From: Ramazzottius varieornatus
Taxonomy: Eukaryota; Animalia; Tardigrada
Reading direction: 5' to 3'
Length of the DNA: 64,000 nt
Assembly: GCA_001949185.1 (NCBI GenBank)
Contig: BDGG01000001.1
Span: 8,564,721 to 8,628,720, forward strand
The translations under genes and the position numbers were made by a program. The notes under the pieces are model-generated. The model searched no databases. It was given only the letters and a program-made list of their open reading frames with translations, and was not told where the DNA came from. Shown in pieces: positions 24,635-37,349 of this stretch (position 1 is its first letter; the number at the start of each line of letters is the position of its first letter).

Positions 24635-25578
24635 ATGACCAATAAATTATACACGTTTTACCTGACGCTACTGTCTCACGCCTCAATGGATGTTTATCCG
24701 GACAATCACGCCTCCGTAGGGGTAACTAAACTGTCAGCACCAATCGTACTGCAGGGGCGATGGGAAGTTGCGCTGGTTGAATTTACATATTCGGAAACGA
24801 TGTACGATATATCATCACCGCAAACTATTGTGATCCATCAACTGGCATTCGGAACTCCGCCTGACGGAACACAGAAGGAAGCGCATATCACTGAGAGCAT
24901 TCGTGTACCGTCGGGAATTTACACGCCTGACCATTTAACCTTCCACATCGCACAATACACACCACCTTTACGCAACGCTGAAGGTGTTAGCGTCGGACGC
25001 TAGGCATTCGAGATACTCTCGCATCCTAGTGAAAGGAAAACACGAATTAGGTTTTCGACACTGCGAGTGTGGCTACAGTTTCCTAAACATTGTGCAATGT
25101 TGGGGGAAATGTTAGGTTTCAAGGGAAAAAAATACTGTAAGCTACGAAAAAGCGAGCACGTCTTTTGATATCGAAGTCAGAGAAGAGGAACGAAAGAAAG
25201 CACAAAGTGTCGATGACAGATTTCCGGCATCCGACAGTGAATCTGCGCCGATACCGGATAACGCGGACATCAGCTACACCGTTATCTCTAGAAAAGCAAT
25301 CAACATGAACCTAGGCAATCAGTCTCTATTTGTTCATGCAGACATCGCTGACGCCAGCGTGGTTAAAGACTCCTTAGCACCACTGCTAAGATAAGTGTCG
25401 ATCAAAGACAACAGTGCATTTCAGTTGGTTCAAGCAAGGTTCGATAAGGCGCACTACGTTCCTGTCAATTAGACCTGTTTAGACTGTATACGGATTGAGA
25501 TTACGAACGACCTGGGCCAAGACGCCAAGTTTGAACGTGGAAATGAATGGTGAAACTGCACTTGAAAGTGGAAAATAA
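24635..25578 (+). pseudogene. Polinton minor capsid protein (penton, single jelly-roll)
   Basis: N-terminal FYLTLLSHAS.DVYPDN..L.GRWEVALVEFTY; C-terminal LFVHADI....V.DSLAPLLRIV...HYVPV..IRIEITNDLG...VKLHLK; stops and frameshifts. Confidence 0.82.
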
Positions 25579-25950
25579 ATGGTGAAACTGCACTGCCGAC
25601 CTGCGCATTTTCCCAAAATGGGTATTCAACCTTTTCACCCTGACAGTGGGTTGTGTGAAGAACTTCTGATTCAGAATCAGATAAGCCACGGCGCACTCGG
25701 ACGGTTTTGAGAATCCGGATTTCAAGAAACGGCTCAGGACTTGGTAGCTTTCTACGCTCCATTCTCTTCAAAGTGTGTCGGTTTACTGCGCGGCTAGTAT
25801 AGACGGCGATGCACACGTTAAAACCGCATTTGGATCTGCTAAGCCAAATTTTAGCACTGCAGCGAAATCCGCGTTTGAAGAAGCTAGTCGGTGTGTTGTG
25901 TGGACAAAATTGTGGAAAATATTGGTCCGGCTGCAACTACTCCACCTACG
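25579..25950 (+). pseudogene. Small Polinton protein with a GSGLGSFLRSIL amphipathic motif (putative protease-cleaved membrane-active core protein)
   Basis: NGSGLGSFLRSILFK at ~25728-25775, lying between penton and major capsid; heavily degraded. Confidence 0.5.
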
Positions 25951-26062
25951 CAATCAGGTGCAGGACGAAAGCGTCCTGTTATCAACAAGAAACGTATACC
26001 TCGACACACTGTCACAGGTCTGCGTCGTATACCACCCTTTGACCTTTCCGACCAATTCTAAA

Positions 26063-27245
26063 ATGGCCAATCTATACACACTGGAGGGATCGGAGCCGGC
26101 CATAGCTGCTGATTCACATATGTTTACGGTTCCGGCAACTTTGACAGATAGATGTTGAACAGAGGAACAGAGGATTGAGCCAGCAACGGCTATCGCTGAA
26201 GCAGTTCCTGCCACCGGAGATATCAACTTTTTCTGCCCACCATCTTCACGTGCATTCATTTCGCTTCCAGAGTTAGCATTCAAAATCGAACTGTCTATCA
26301 AGAAAAGACCTATAAACACATTGGAAGAGTGAACCTTTAGTGAACCAAACGACCGTGTTGCGCCGGTCAGTTTTATTGCTCACGGCGTTTTCCAGTCTTG
26401 TCAGGTTTCACTCAATAACCGTGTTGGCGTCTGGTACGACGACGTACCTTTATTACCCGTACAGAGCAATATTCGAAGCTCTGACAATGTACAGTCTCAG
26501 TGCCCTCAAGACGCAGCTGACGGCGAGAGGCTTCTACGCAGACACCCCTAAGCAGCATGAAAATTTTGCGAACAATGTCCCAGAACAACTTCGACGGAGC
26601 CTATTTGTTGACATGAAATGGGCGGAGTTTTCAGGCAAAGTGTTTTCGGATATCGCAGAACAAAGCAAGAATCTGATCACAGGAGTGTCTATCAAAGTGA
26701 AGTTTACCCTGAACAAGCCAGAGTTTCACCTGAGAACCTCGAGACCTATTGCGCCAGCTGGTGAAGCTACTCTACCTGACACGGACCATCATAAGTTTAT
26801 CCGAAACCCAAGACTTGTGGTAAAACGATACGTGGGGACACCTCATTTCATGAACGCTGTAGCAAAGAGGCTTGTCGAAACTCGGCCAAATACCATAAGG
26901 AAAAGCAAATTTCAAGAGCCTCAGTCATTCCCAGAGGCGTCCAGACCCACAGAATTCCGAGCACGCATATGGGAGAACTTCCAGAAATGGTGTTGTGCGC
27001 CCTGGTGGAAAACATCAACCTACAAGGGAGCTTCGAAACCAATCCATTCAAGTTTGTCCATAAAAACATGACACGCATTTCAGTTGAGGTCGACGGAGTG
27101 TCGTACCCCACCAAATCATACGATGTCCAGTTCGGTGGTGGACGGAGTCTGGAGGCCCCCGACGGACTTTTGGACGTCCTAGGACGAAAACAATTGTCCG
27201 GTGGAGGTTTGCCATTTGACCGTACGGATTATAATAAAGGAGCTG
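26063..27245 (+). pseudogene. Polinton major capsid protein (double jelly-roll, hexon-like), C-terminus lost
   Basis: MFTVPAT, VAPVSFIAHGVFQS..VSLN, YPYRAIFEAL, GFYADT, GKVFSDIAEQ.KNLITGV, GELPEMVLCALVEN..GSFETNPFKF, VDGVSYP, DYNKG. Confidence 0.88.
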
Positions 27246-27249
27246 ATAT

Positions 27250-28505
27250 ATCTGATGCGTACGGTTTGTAGGAGAAGAAAAGCGACCTGTTACCCACACC
27301 AGAGACCTGAAATGTCCCTGCGAAATCTACGTCGCAGCGCAGAAAAGAAGGAAGTGCGTTCGAATCAATAAAATGTTGAAACTCCCGTGCCATAACCATG
27401 AACTGGCCAAGGAACTGTGGAACTTGAATCCAGATTTTGAAGGGCGGTGGCAAGACCTTATTGACAAGTCTCCGGACGACTCTCGTAACTATCTCAACAA
27501 CAGCTGGTATACATGCCGTCACAAATGGTCAATGGCTTTCCGCAACAACGCGCGTACATACGGCATAAACACGAACAGCACTATTGGGAGCTTCTTCCAT
27601 GCGCTCAAGGGCGCGATAAAGTTGCACAGACGAACAGCGCCGCACAACTTCGAACTGATACAGATTGTGTATGCGTTCTGTTGTGAGAAGGTGTCTCTTT
27701 CCATCTACACATGGTACTTGAACCAAACAACAAAGCTCAGCATAAACGTGGAAGCTCAGTATCAGCCCGTGTTTGATGAACTAGGTCACACGATAAACGA
27801 CTGGGCGGTGCGAGCGATCCATATACAGTTCAAACTGTTTCTGAAGAATAAGTACGAGGTCGAACAGTGGGCGGATGGAAGTGCTACTCTGACCTCGACG
27901 AATGACAGGATCTTCTACATTCATCCAGGTAAAGAGGAATAACAAGTCAACTGTTCGTGCGTCTTCAGCACCTCCCATGGCCTACCGTGTCGTCACATCA
28001 TGCACATGCGCAGAGACAAGGGTGAAGTAATTGCCAGCGCTAAAGACTGTCTCAAGCGATGGAAACGAAGATCGAAGCGAGATGCCCAAATGTTCCGCGG
28101 ATCTGTGGACCGAATTGCCGATCTCGCAAACCTCGAGGAAGATGAAGGAGAGGTAAGGCCCGGCAAGACAGGTCAGCACGAGCGCTGGAACATTGTTCGA
28201 GCTATCAACAAGCGTGTGGAAAGTAAGCTGGTAGAAATCCCTCCTAGTCTGTTCTTCAAGGAAGTCGAGGAATACGAGAAGATGATCGACAATTATGTAC
28301 AGCGTTTAGAAGAATGAACACCGCTTGTAGAAGATGGCGAACCGCAGAATGACCCACCTCTGTCAACCCTTCCAGCAACTTTGACAGGACTTCTCGCACC
28401 CAAAAACAGGCGTGGTCGCCCGGAACTCGTGAAAGGTCACAAAAACCAGTCTCGATTCAACAAACGGTTGGGCGAGGAACCTATGCCTATGCAGTATCGA
28501 CCACC
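27250..28505 (+). pseudogene. MULE transposase C-terminal part with SWIM zinc finger
   Basis: YLNNSW..RHKWSMAFR..GINTNSTIGSFFHALK (TNNxxE region), CSCVFSTSHGLPCRH (SWIM CxC..CxH), KRWKR, KNRRGRP. Confidence 0.78.
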
Positions 28506-28507
28506 TG

Positions 28508-30594
28508 AACAGCGTTATATACTCGGGTCCACTTCGAGAAAAGAAAATACTGTTGCCGCATCACGATGACCATGTCGACGTCCTGACAAGTTAAGCCGAA
28601 TGGTTTGGTCGAAACCATTGGTGTTTCCATTGTAACATCCCATACGACCGACGTGAGTCACATCGATGCAAACATGTGTCTATATCCTGTCTGCGCCAAA
28701 GTTGTGGGCCACGTGTCAGCGACCAAGTATGCTGTCCAGCAGGGCGAACGGCCCTGTGTCCTTTTGGAAACGAAGGGCGCAACAAAAAACTAAGCTTTGG
28801 CTTGAAATCTATTTCTTATTAAAAACTAGGAAACTGTAAACTGTAATTCATCGTTAACTCTCAAAATTTTCCAGTCCGAAGACTGACACTCCGCATCAGG
28901 AAAAACATATACTTTTGGAGTTTTCAAAAAGAACAATTCGTGAATCCTCGTACGCTGTCAATATTTGTGGCGGTGACTCGTTACACCCAGCGAAACAAAG
29001 GAGCAAGCAGCAGGGGTAAGCTGTTTATACACTGCATGTTAGAATAAGATAACCTACTTGGAATGAAGGGGATGATTAAGATTTCTGTTACGGTTCTACT
29101 ATGTATCTAGCTTTTCATCGCTATCAATTTTCTTTCATAGAAAACGTGGGGTGTTCGAATTATATCCGACAGTAATGTCAGCCGCATGTTTTATTTTTAT
29201 TCGTACTTTTTCGAGTAGTCCGCATGCATAGTTTCGTTGTAATTTGCTGTTTGTACAATAGTATTCAGTGGAGAACCAACACAGCAGGTTTTGAAGTGTC
29301 GGTTTCGGACTTTAAAATTTTGAAAGTTAACGATGACTTACAGTCTACAGTTTCCTAGTTTTTAAAACAAATTGTTTTTAAGCCAAAATATAGTTTTTTT
29401 TGCGCCCTACGTTTTCACAAGGATACAGGGCCGTTTGCCCCTGCTGTCCAGACTGTAACTGGCACTTTAGCGGCCCCGAATGTTACGCGACGCACAAAGC
29501 CGTCGATGAGAGCTGTGACGATGAAAATGAGCCCCCAATCACGAGATTTAGGACTCGGAAGTCCATTTGGAGCCTGTACTTCGTTTGCTCTGACTACCAT
29601 CGTTTCATCTCCCGCCGGAATCGTAAGCAGTCTCACGTCTGCGGTGAACAATGGTGCAGCGTGTGTCGCCAGTGTTATCCCGATGGTGAACACGTGTGTT
29701 TTATGAAACCGGAGATGATTGATCAAAGCACAATGGACCGACATCGAAAAACGAAATTCTTCTATTTCGATCTCGAGTGTTTCCAGAATGACAAAGGGAT
29801 TTTCATTGCGAATGTGGCTGCTCTACAAGATGACTAAGGGAATGAAACCCGGTTTCCCGCTGATCAATCTGATGTGGGATATGACGTCACCGATGAGTTC
29901 TGCACTTTCCTGTTTGACGAGCGGTTCAAGGATCACTACGTTCTCGCGCATAACTTCCGCGGGTTCGATGCGTTTCCAGTGCTGAATAGGCAACTCAATA
30001 ACGGAGTCAAGCCCGAAGCGATCATGAATGACTTCAAGGTGATGCAACCCGATGTGAAGAAGTTTAACATACGCTTCCGGGATTCCTACAACTACAATCC
30101 CCAGTCACTGTTCGCATGGACGAAGACTTTTTCTCCACCGAAAGAAGAGCAGGAAAGAGCTTTAGAGCAGAAGAGAACGTCTGTTCGAATCGTACATAAG
30201 CCTTTCTCTGGCGTTGAAAGTGGAAGCTTCCGGGTGGCCGCCCAATGTTAAAACCGAAGCCGACCGACTGCATTATGTAGAGGATTTTTTTCTAAGGGGA
30301 GTCAGTTCGCTTGGACCCCTCCAAAATTGCCAAAAACCTTGGACTTCGCGCGTTAGCGAAACCATGAATAAATTCGTAAGTTGCTGTCTTTGAGTCTGTG
30401 GTTAACATGATAAATGAAACCAGCGAATCTCTAGTCGTCCACTATCCATTCAACATACGTCGAAACAAGAGGAAAATGGAACTCAAGTTGTCAGTCTGAG
30501 CAAAAAATTTCGACTAACTAATAACAAACGCATAGTTCTGCCTAACTTCTCTACTGTTCCGCACGGTTATTGTACTGAAGATGACCAACTGTAA
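28508..30594 (+). pseudogene. Protein-primed DNA polymerase B of the Polinton (MITE-interrupted, two large internal deletions)
   Basis: IYSGP..HDDHVDVLTS, Cys-rich WCFHC..HRC..CCPDCN..ECY..H, ExoI FFYFDLEC, ExoII LAHNFRGFD, FRDSYNY, KVEASGWP..KN.GLRALAK..NS, C-terminal KRIVLPNFSTVPHGY. Confidence 0.88.
28740..29443. mobile_element. hAT-type non-autonomous element with ~150-bp TIRs inserted in pPolB
   Basis: TIRs start CAGGG(G)CG/AAACGGCCCTGT; perfect 8-bp TSD CTGTCCAG (28732-28739 and 29444-29451). Removing the element restores the DQVCCPDCNW reading frame. Confidence 0.9.
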
Positions 30595-31197
30595 AAATCT
30601 TATATAACTAGGGTTTCCTGTCATACGTTTGGCAGTAATCCCCCCGGGCACCGCGCGTTCAAAATCAGCTCTCGCCGCAATTCATCAAACTTTAGAATCT
30701 CAAACGAGCCGAGAAGTATTAAACTGAACATGACGAATATGATTAAAAATAACCCCAGCCATTGTCCAAGTTGCTGTCTTCTACTAAGTCCATCTTTCAA
30801 TGTTGTGGTGATGAAAGCTCTTCATCAGACACTGACACAGGCGTACAACTGATATTGGATTTAGTTGCCAGTTCCACCGGGGAAGAGGATCGCTCTTCTA
30901 CCGAACCTGTACGAAGTTTGTTGAAGCCTCGGAAGAGTCTTCTACTTCACCACTATCACATTCACATCACCACTACCACTATCATATTCCCAAGCACTGG
31001 GAACAGGGATTACTTCAATTCAAAAGAACGGTTTACGGACCTTATGGACCCTAGAGCATCGTATTAAGCGTCTAATCCGTAACTTCCGGATTCCTGTGCG
31101 AAGGCGCTCCACTCTTTACTTGATTCCCCCTATTTTCTTGACATTGTATGTGAAAGATAGACTACCTGTCCGAGCGTTGTATAGACTTCCCTGTGTA

Positions 31198-31247
31198 TGG
31201 TCTGGTCTGGTCTGGTCTGGTCTGGTCTGGTCTGGTCTGGTCTGGTC
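31198..31247. repeat. (TGGTC)10 microsatellite
   Basis: Directly visible pentamer array. Confidence 0.95.
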
Positions 31248-32419
31248 GCAGAAATCATAGCAGTAGAAATAGATAAAGGCTCTCGGCTCAACCTGGCACC
31301 GGCTGATGCGCAATTCGTTGACTTTTCCACTTTGGGTTGCGGCAGCTACAGCAAACGTACTTCACCGGTCATCAAAGCACGTTTGTTCAAGAGAACGTAG
31401 GGCGCTGACCCCACGGTATGATGTTTCGGACGAAACGGGTTGCAAGACTGAAACGTAATTCTCATGTGCAGGCGTCGCTGAGGAAATTCACGTGTCCAAG
31501 TGAACGAGGTAATGCCCTCTGACGGTGTTGGGAGGCCTTGTGGTACTACTTTAGTCACAAGGCTTCCAGATGGGGTCTACTTCGCAATCTCGCCTACTTC
31601 CACACTTCGGACCCCACAGCGACGCCTGAAACGATTGTTTTTCTCATTTAACGTATCACTAATCGTTTAGGGCGACCCCTGTTCTGATTCAACGGATTTT
31701 TTATGTGGGGTATCTATGTCTGCGCGAGTTTTACAGAACCGCAGCAACTTGGGTGAAGTGCCCGACTGTAATGCTTGCTTTTCGGCATCGTTGTATTCAT
31801 GGTCATCGTCCTTAAACTTTTAGGAACGGCCAAGTTGACTTAATAAGCAAAGCGAAAACCATGGATGTTCCGGACTTCACGAAAAGCAAAGCTCTGGGCC
31901 GCGACTCTTCATTCACGATGTGACCAGCAGTCTGTATCAGCACCGCCCCCTGTATCAGCAGTCAAAGTGTTTTCTTCTGTTTTTCCTGACGGATCACTGC
32001 AGTACAGCGTGTCACTGCCTTGTACTGTGTACACGGAGTGACAGATAAGATTATACCAAGCAGGTTCTGCGTATAGTTAGCGCACAGCTCCGATCATCAT
32101 GTCATCTGTTGCTGACCACTGTCCAGCAGCCACGCCTCCTCATTTGTTTTCTTATATAAATGAATGCCCTTCATACTGTTAGATTTGGTTTGCTTTTCCG
32201 TAAAATAGGCAAAATAGCGTTAGGATATTTTGCGCACCCCGGTGGAATAACCGGGACTATTTTTCCCACCCATATTGTGGGTAGTGGCGGTACTTGACAC
32301 CTTGAGCACGCCGCGATTTCGTGCTTTCAGAATACGATGTGGGAAAGTCGCTTTCGCCTCTTTTTAGCTGGTTGAAACCATGGGGCGGTGCTAAATCGGA
32401 CCGATCGCCACCTCGTCGA

Positions 32420-32610
32420 CTGGCCAAAATTCGGCATTATGATGCGGTTGCGCCGCGTACTGACCTGCCAGCGAAAAGATATGGCAAACATTCTAGCTTC
32501 GGATGATGCTTTGGAGTTTTTCGAGAAACGCCTGTTCAGTTTTCCTCAAAGTCTTGCGTAAAGAGCGTTTTTCGTCCTAAACTTCGATGAGGCTGGTTTG
32601 GACCTCTATT
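32420..32610 (+). pseudogene. Possible pogo-like transposase remnant
   Basis: ..DDALEFFEKRL...FFVLNFDEAGLD resembles the xNxDExG first catalytic motif; short and degraded. Confidence 0.3.
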
Positions 32611-34989
32611 CTAGCCAGTAGAATTGTCATATCCGATTGCCGATTATTGCGAAACGATTGCTAAGCTGTCCGCTAGTTTTTAGAACAGACGTGATGCAGA
32701 AAAACGACCGGCAGTCAGGGACCGTGTCATGATCCGAGAAATTCCATAAAAACCGCCTTTCATTGACGTTTTCGTGGAAAATTGTGCAGGCATTTTTCGA
32801 CAAATTCAAAAGCATCATCGGAAACTAGAATTTTGCTGTTTCTAGTCGACGACTATCCATTTCTGATATCCGTAATCAGGTCTCAAAAGAGTGCCGGTCT
32901 TAGCTTATCTTCAAAATATTTTGTTGGGTTGATTCGTTGGTTGTTGCTGACCAGCATAACGTCACGCTGGATCAAGAGCTACGATGATAAATGCAGGAGG
33001 GGGTGGCGATTAAATTTGATTAACTGTACACGCACGACGAGATAATGGCGGCACGGGCAGATGATTCTTGCTTCAAGTAGAAGCCACATCGAAGGCTGCA
33101 CTGCTGTACGTGCGTGCTGGATATTGGGCCGAGGAGCTAAAGCTTGTCATATTAATGTTATAGCAGTCAGATCTTCATTATATCTTCAACATTTCAAACT
33201 ATTCCAAGGTTTCTCCGGCCTCCGGGAGAAAGTCGACAGCAGCATAGAAGCGTTACAGTACAACAGCTGATCAGCTGATGGTCACTGTCCATGACAATTT
33301 TCTACGGTTGGATTTCACTACGTTACGTCATTTGTCCGATTTCTGTTTCTGACTTCCATACAAATTGCGAATTTGCCGTATTTTCCGCCTGGCCCGTAAG
33401 TTTTGCTGGAACCGTAATATCTCGTCGTGCGTGTACATGCTATATCACTAGTTATGACTCGACGCGTCTTGAACGGCGGGCTATGCTCTTCCAGAGTAAA
33501 ATGCATCAGTCCAGACGATGATCAGTTAAGAGTTCGCAGTCTCAGAAACTTCCATACTATAGGTACATTTGTCGTCGACATGATGGCGATCATCGAGCAC
33601 CTTTGAGCAAACTAGGTTGTGGTTTAAGTTGCCTACAGCTACTGTGATTGTTGATCAAGCTATGTTGCGAGAGCTCGTCCATGGTCAAATTTCGCCACCC
33701 GTCAGTTTTCGGTTTCTGCTTACACTTAATTCGTACTGGTTCGTGCTTGAATTTTGGTCCTTTCCGATTGTGTATTCTATGGATAACGAACAATCATCTT
33801 TGCGATGTAGCCTAGAGTCAAACTCATAGGTCATGGGCAAACATGACCATCACCTGCTTCGCGGCGTCTCCCGAACTCGTCTTCTGATGTCCGTAATTCA
33901 AGAAAAATCTCGTGGACGATACTTTGAGCTTCCTGATCACGTGGCTTAACATCTCGATCAATCAACTGTTACCACTGGTAGTTTAGGCAAAGAATAGAGG
34001 GTCGTTTTCGGCTACCTGTCATTAACCCAGCTTCCTCCTCCTGTGTGCAACACATGGACTCAATTCGTGGTGCAGAAAGAAAAAAATGTTGGTGGGCTCC
34101 AAAGCCTTTGTGGTTCGGCTACCACATGGTCTGCGCCGACCGCTACCCTAGTTGTCAAGCAGTACCATACCTAAGAGGTTGTGCCTGACGTGACAAACCT
34201 ACTGGCGATATCCCGCACGGTGACGCCATTGAGCAACCTGACCGCGTGCAACTCTCGCCCGTTCAGGTAAACCACGAGCCGAGCCATACCCAGTCTGAAA
34301 TGAGTTAAGGCTGGCGTGAAGGACCTGCTGGCGACGTCTCTGTAAGAGGCGTCAGTAAGCGAGTTCATGTGGTGACGCGGTCATGAGCAATGACGTGCTC
34401 GCTACAATCAAAGTAATCCGAGCGCGGCTCGAAAACAAGCAAGCAAGCAAAAGTCAAGTGGCGTCCGATGAGCAAGCTACTGTCTGACGCATGGTGACGA
34501 CCAGAAATGTGAGCCACGGTTAATTTTCTGTATGGAAATGGAACGTTGTTAGGGTTGCACTTTACCGTGAGGACGAAGCTGACAGTTCGGACACATCACG
34601 TCGGAAAATGCCAGCTGCGATGATCGAATCCTCCAGTTCGATCCTTATATTGTTGCTCGATCCATCCGGTAGGACCGGTTCCGCCGCTCTGCGTTTGTCC
34701 CTTCTTTTCGGCGCCTCCGCTTGTTCATCAGGCCTGGTATCTCAGCAGGAGGCAGAATGATGCCGCCAAGCAATGGCTGAGGAGGTTAAGTCTGGATCTG
34801 GACCGATTTGCGGAGCTCCCCCTGAGATCTGCTGCGCTCTGTGAGAAAATGGATAACCGTACAGTACTTGTAACGATCGAGGCTAACTGTGTGTGCCGGT
34901 GTGGCACAAACCAAACAGTTTGATCTCGGGTTCTTGATAGATTTACGACTCAAATCACCATAATATCTGCCATCTGAGTAGGGCGCTCC

Positions 34990-35620
34990 AGAATCTTCAA
35001 AGATTTAATTATTTATTTGGTCTGATGTGGAGTTATATCATAGTTTCCATGATTTTCTGTTCGTTTTCTCGTCTTCTGTGCTCCCAGTTTCCGCGTCTAG
35101 CGTTCCTTTGCTTTTTCGATCAGGTAAGTGACCGGACTTCAAGAAAGTCCTAAGAGAATGTGTGGTCGATTACTGGCTACCTGACAGCTGTTGTTCCGGG
35201 TTAGCCGGCAAAACCCCGTCTGATCTTCCACGCCGTCTCCTGTCAGCTCTGCTCGGCTTTCCCGTTTTCCTGTTGGGTTTCTCCGTGTCCTGTTGGATGA
35301 GATACGTGGCTGGCCTTCCTAGCTGATCAGGTGATACATGGTTTGCTCCTCGTTTGACCTGACTGATTGTGTTTCAGTCGACGAAGCGTCCTGCCCTGTC
35401 AGCCCATGCTGTCTCCTTTCGGTTGTTTCTCGTCTTCCCTTAGCCTCATAGGTAGCTCCTCTACTCTTTCTATCCCTGCAAGGTTCACCAGAGTTCCCTG
35501 CGCATTCCTGCTTCGTTTTCTTCCAGGTTATTGGCAGTGAAGGCAGGATTGTACGCTGTTAATGTATTCATGAGCAGGTCAACATCTGAGCTCGTCTTGT
35601 GTTCCGTGATGCATGAACGT
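34990..35620 (+). repeat. Unclassified ~600-bp dispersed repeat, copy 1
   Basis: Colinear similarity to the reverse complement of 47020-47670 (e.g. CAGGTAAGTGACCG vs CAGGCAAGTGACCG; GAATGTGTGGTCGATTACTGGCTAC vs GGATGTGTAGTGGGTTACTGTCTAC). Confidence 0.65.
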
Positions 35621-35767
35621 TCCAGGCTTGCAGAACGTGCGCGAAAAATACAAACGTACATATATTCCTGTTTCTCTGGTCCTGTTTTACGACATGTTTC
35701 TTAGTAAGTGTAACGTCATAAGTTCTTGTGAGCATGTCAATGTGTTCCCTCCTCCTCCAATCACAAG

Positions 35768-36587
35768 CAGCGCTATGGTGCCCCCTAGCTGTGAATTTCC
35801 AGACTCAATCAAGGACGTATGAAGGGGACTTTTCGGTTTTAGAAATTGCGGATCTGCAACTTTTTAAGGCGGACTTTGAGAAGATTGTAGATCTGCAGTT
35901 CCAGAGAAGGTGTTTTTCAGAAATTACGGACCTGGAATTTCTGGAATTTGTTTAAAAATTACAGGAGGCGCGGGTGGCTCCAAGCTGACTTTGAGGGGGT
36001 GGTATAGCTGCATTTGCAGCATGCTCATACGCGAAGTACAGTGACTGTACAGGTGGGACGCGAGCTAGCGACGTCACCGTTGTTATTTTCTGCGTACAGA
36101 TGCTGGTTTTGTTCTCAAGTTCTCCTAACTTTTTGCCATGTATTTGATTTTTTACCCGTTTGTATCCATCAAAATGCCCAACTGTCACCTCTCAACTGCC
36201 GAAACTCAAGGTACCGCAACCGCATGCTTATTCCGAATAAGTCTGCATAAGACTTCCTCGTCAGATTACCAGTTCAACAGCACGAGTAAACATTATTAGA
36301 ATTTTACGGAAATTGCCCCCAGCAATTTCAAGAAATTCAGCGAAAAAATATTGCACACCTGTAATTATCCGACTTTTCGACAAAAGTTGTTGCGGATCTG
36401 CAATTTTGACCAGTATCCTGGAAAAATACTGCGGATCCGCAAAGTTTGCAATAGCGTTCCGCCAACCTCAATACGTCCTTGAACTCACTCAATTGAAACC
36501 TGATCAAATCGAAATTATCAGTCGAAGGCAGCGCCGATGACGGAATCTTGCTGAAAAATAACAGCTAGGGGGCGCCATACCAACTGG
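35768..36587. mobile_element. Outer foldback/MITE-like element hosting a nested MITE
   Basis: Inverted ends TATGGTGCCCCCTAGCTGT / ACAGCTAGGGGGCGCCATA; TSD not resolved. Confidence 0.45.
35810..36481. mobile_element. MITE with CAAGGACGTAT TIRs (P-element-like)
   Basis: TIR CAAGGACGTAT / ATACGTCCTTG, degenerate 8-bp TSD GACTCAAT/AACTCACT, repeated subterminal TGCGGATCTGCA motifs. Confidence 0.55.
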
Positions 36588-37349
36588 CTCTGCCCCCAAT
36601 CAGGTTCTAAACCGGGTTTCCACTGTTCTGATATTACCGTGTTACACAGCCGTAAAACTCGAGCTCAACTCACACTGAAAGTGTCAAATCGGAAGCTCGT
36701 TGACTGCTCGAAGTACGAGCACCCTACGAGCCTCGTACGCTGATCCACTCTTCTACGAGCGCAGCACAGAATTCCGGCTGGACAAGTCAGGATAAGTATG
36801 ACTGCTACGCAGCACCATCGTATATGCTTGACGCAAAAATATGCCGGGAGAAGTGTTGCACATACAGTAACTGCTGCGCGCACGCAGCAGATATGACGGC
36901 TACAAACGGCCCGTGTACTGCGAACCGCAATAGTCTGGAAACGTTGCTGTACCTTTGTGAGAAACATTTGCGCTCCGTGGGTCCTCTACGTTGGCATTAG
37001 GCGCAGAAGTTGTTGCTGAGCCACGTTGGAGTACGATTTGTAGTAGGTTCGGTCTGTATCCCGTATTTCGTTGCCTGCAATTTCTGACAGGTTGTACTTT
37101 CCACCTGGTCCTTCAGAGCTTCACCAATGGCCATCCGAAGGAGTAGTATCACGTGGCGTCATCGCGCAGCTGGGTCAGAATTGTTCCAATGTCATGGCGT
37201 TGATGTCACGCTCCAGCTTGATACGTTCCAGCCTTCCTAATGCTTCAGACAGTAGCCTTCTGGCAGTATGCACCGATTCGTCATTCAGTTTTCTGTGGAA
37301 GTTTCACGTTTCGGCCAAACAAAGTTTTCCGCACGAGCTCGATCCAGTT

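Larger units (their letters stand above)
20260..30594. mobile_element. Decayed Polinton/Maverick (adintovirus-like) element, with secondary insertions and deletions
   Basis: Co-oriented ATPase, two core-type ORFs, integrase, penton, GxG protein, major capsid and pPolB remnants in a gene order typical of animal Mavericks. TIRs not identified. Confidence 0.9.

Noticed and set aside
30600-31330. Polinton terminal inverted repeat near the (TGGTC)n array
   Set aside because: No matching inverted counterpart or clear AG-rich terminus found on the left side of the element.
31130-31400. DQTRP / VWSGL repeat proteins
   Set aside because: Translations of the pentanucleotide microsatellite.
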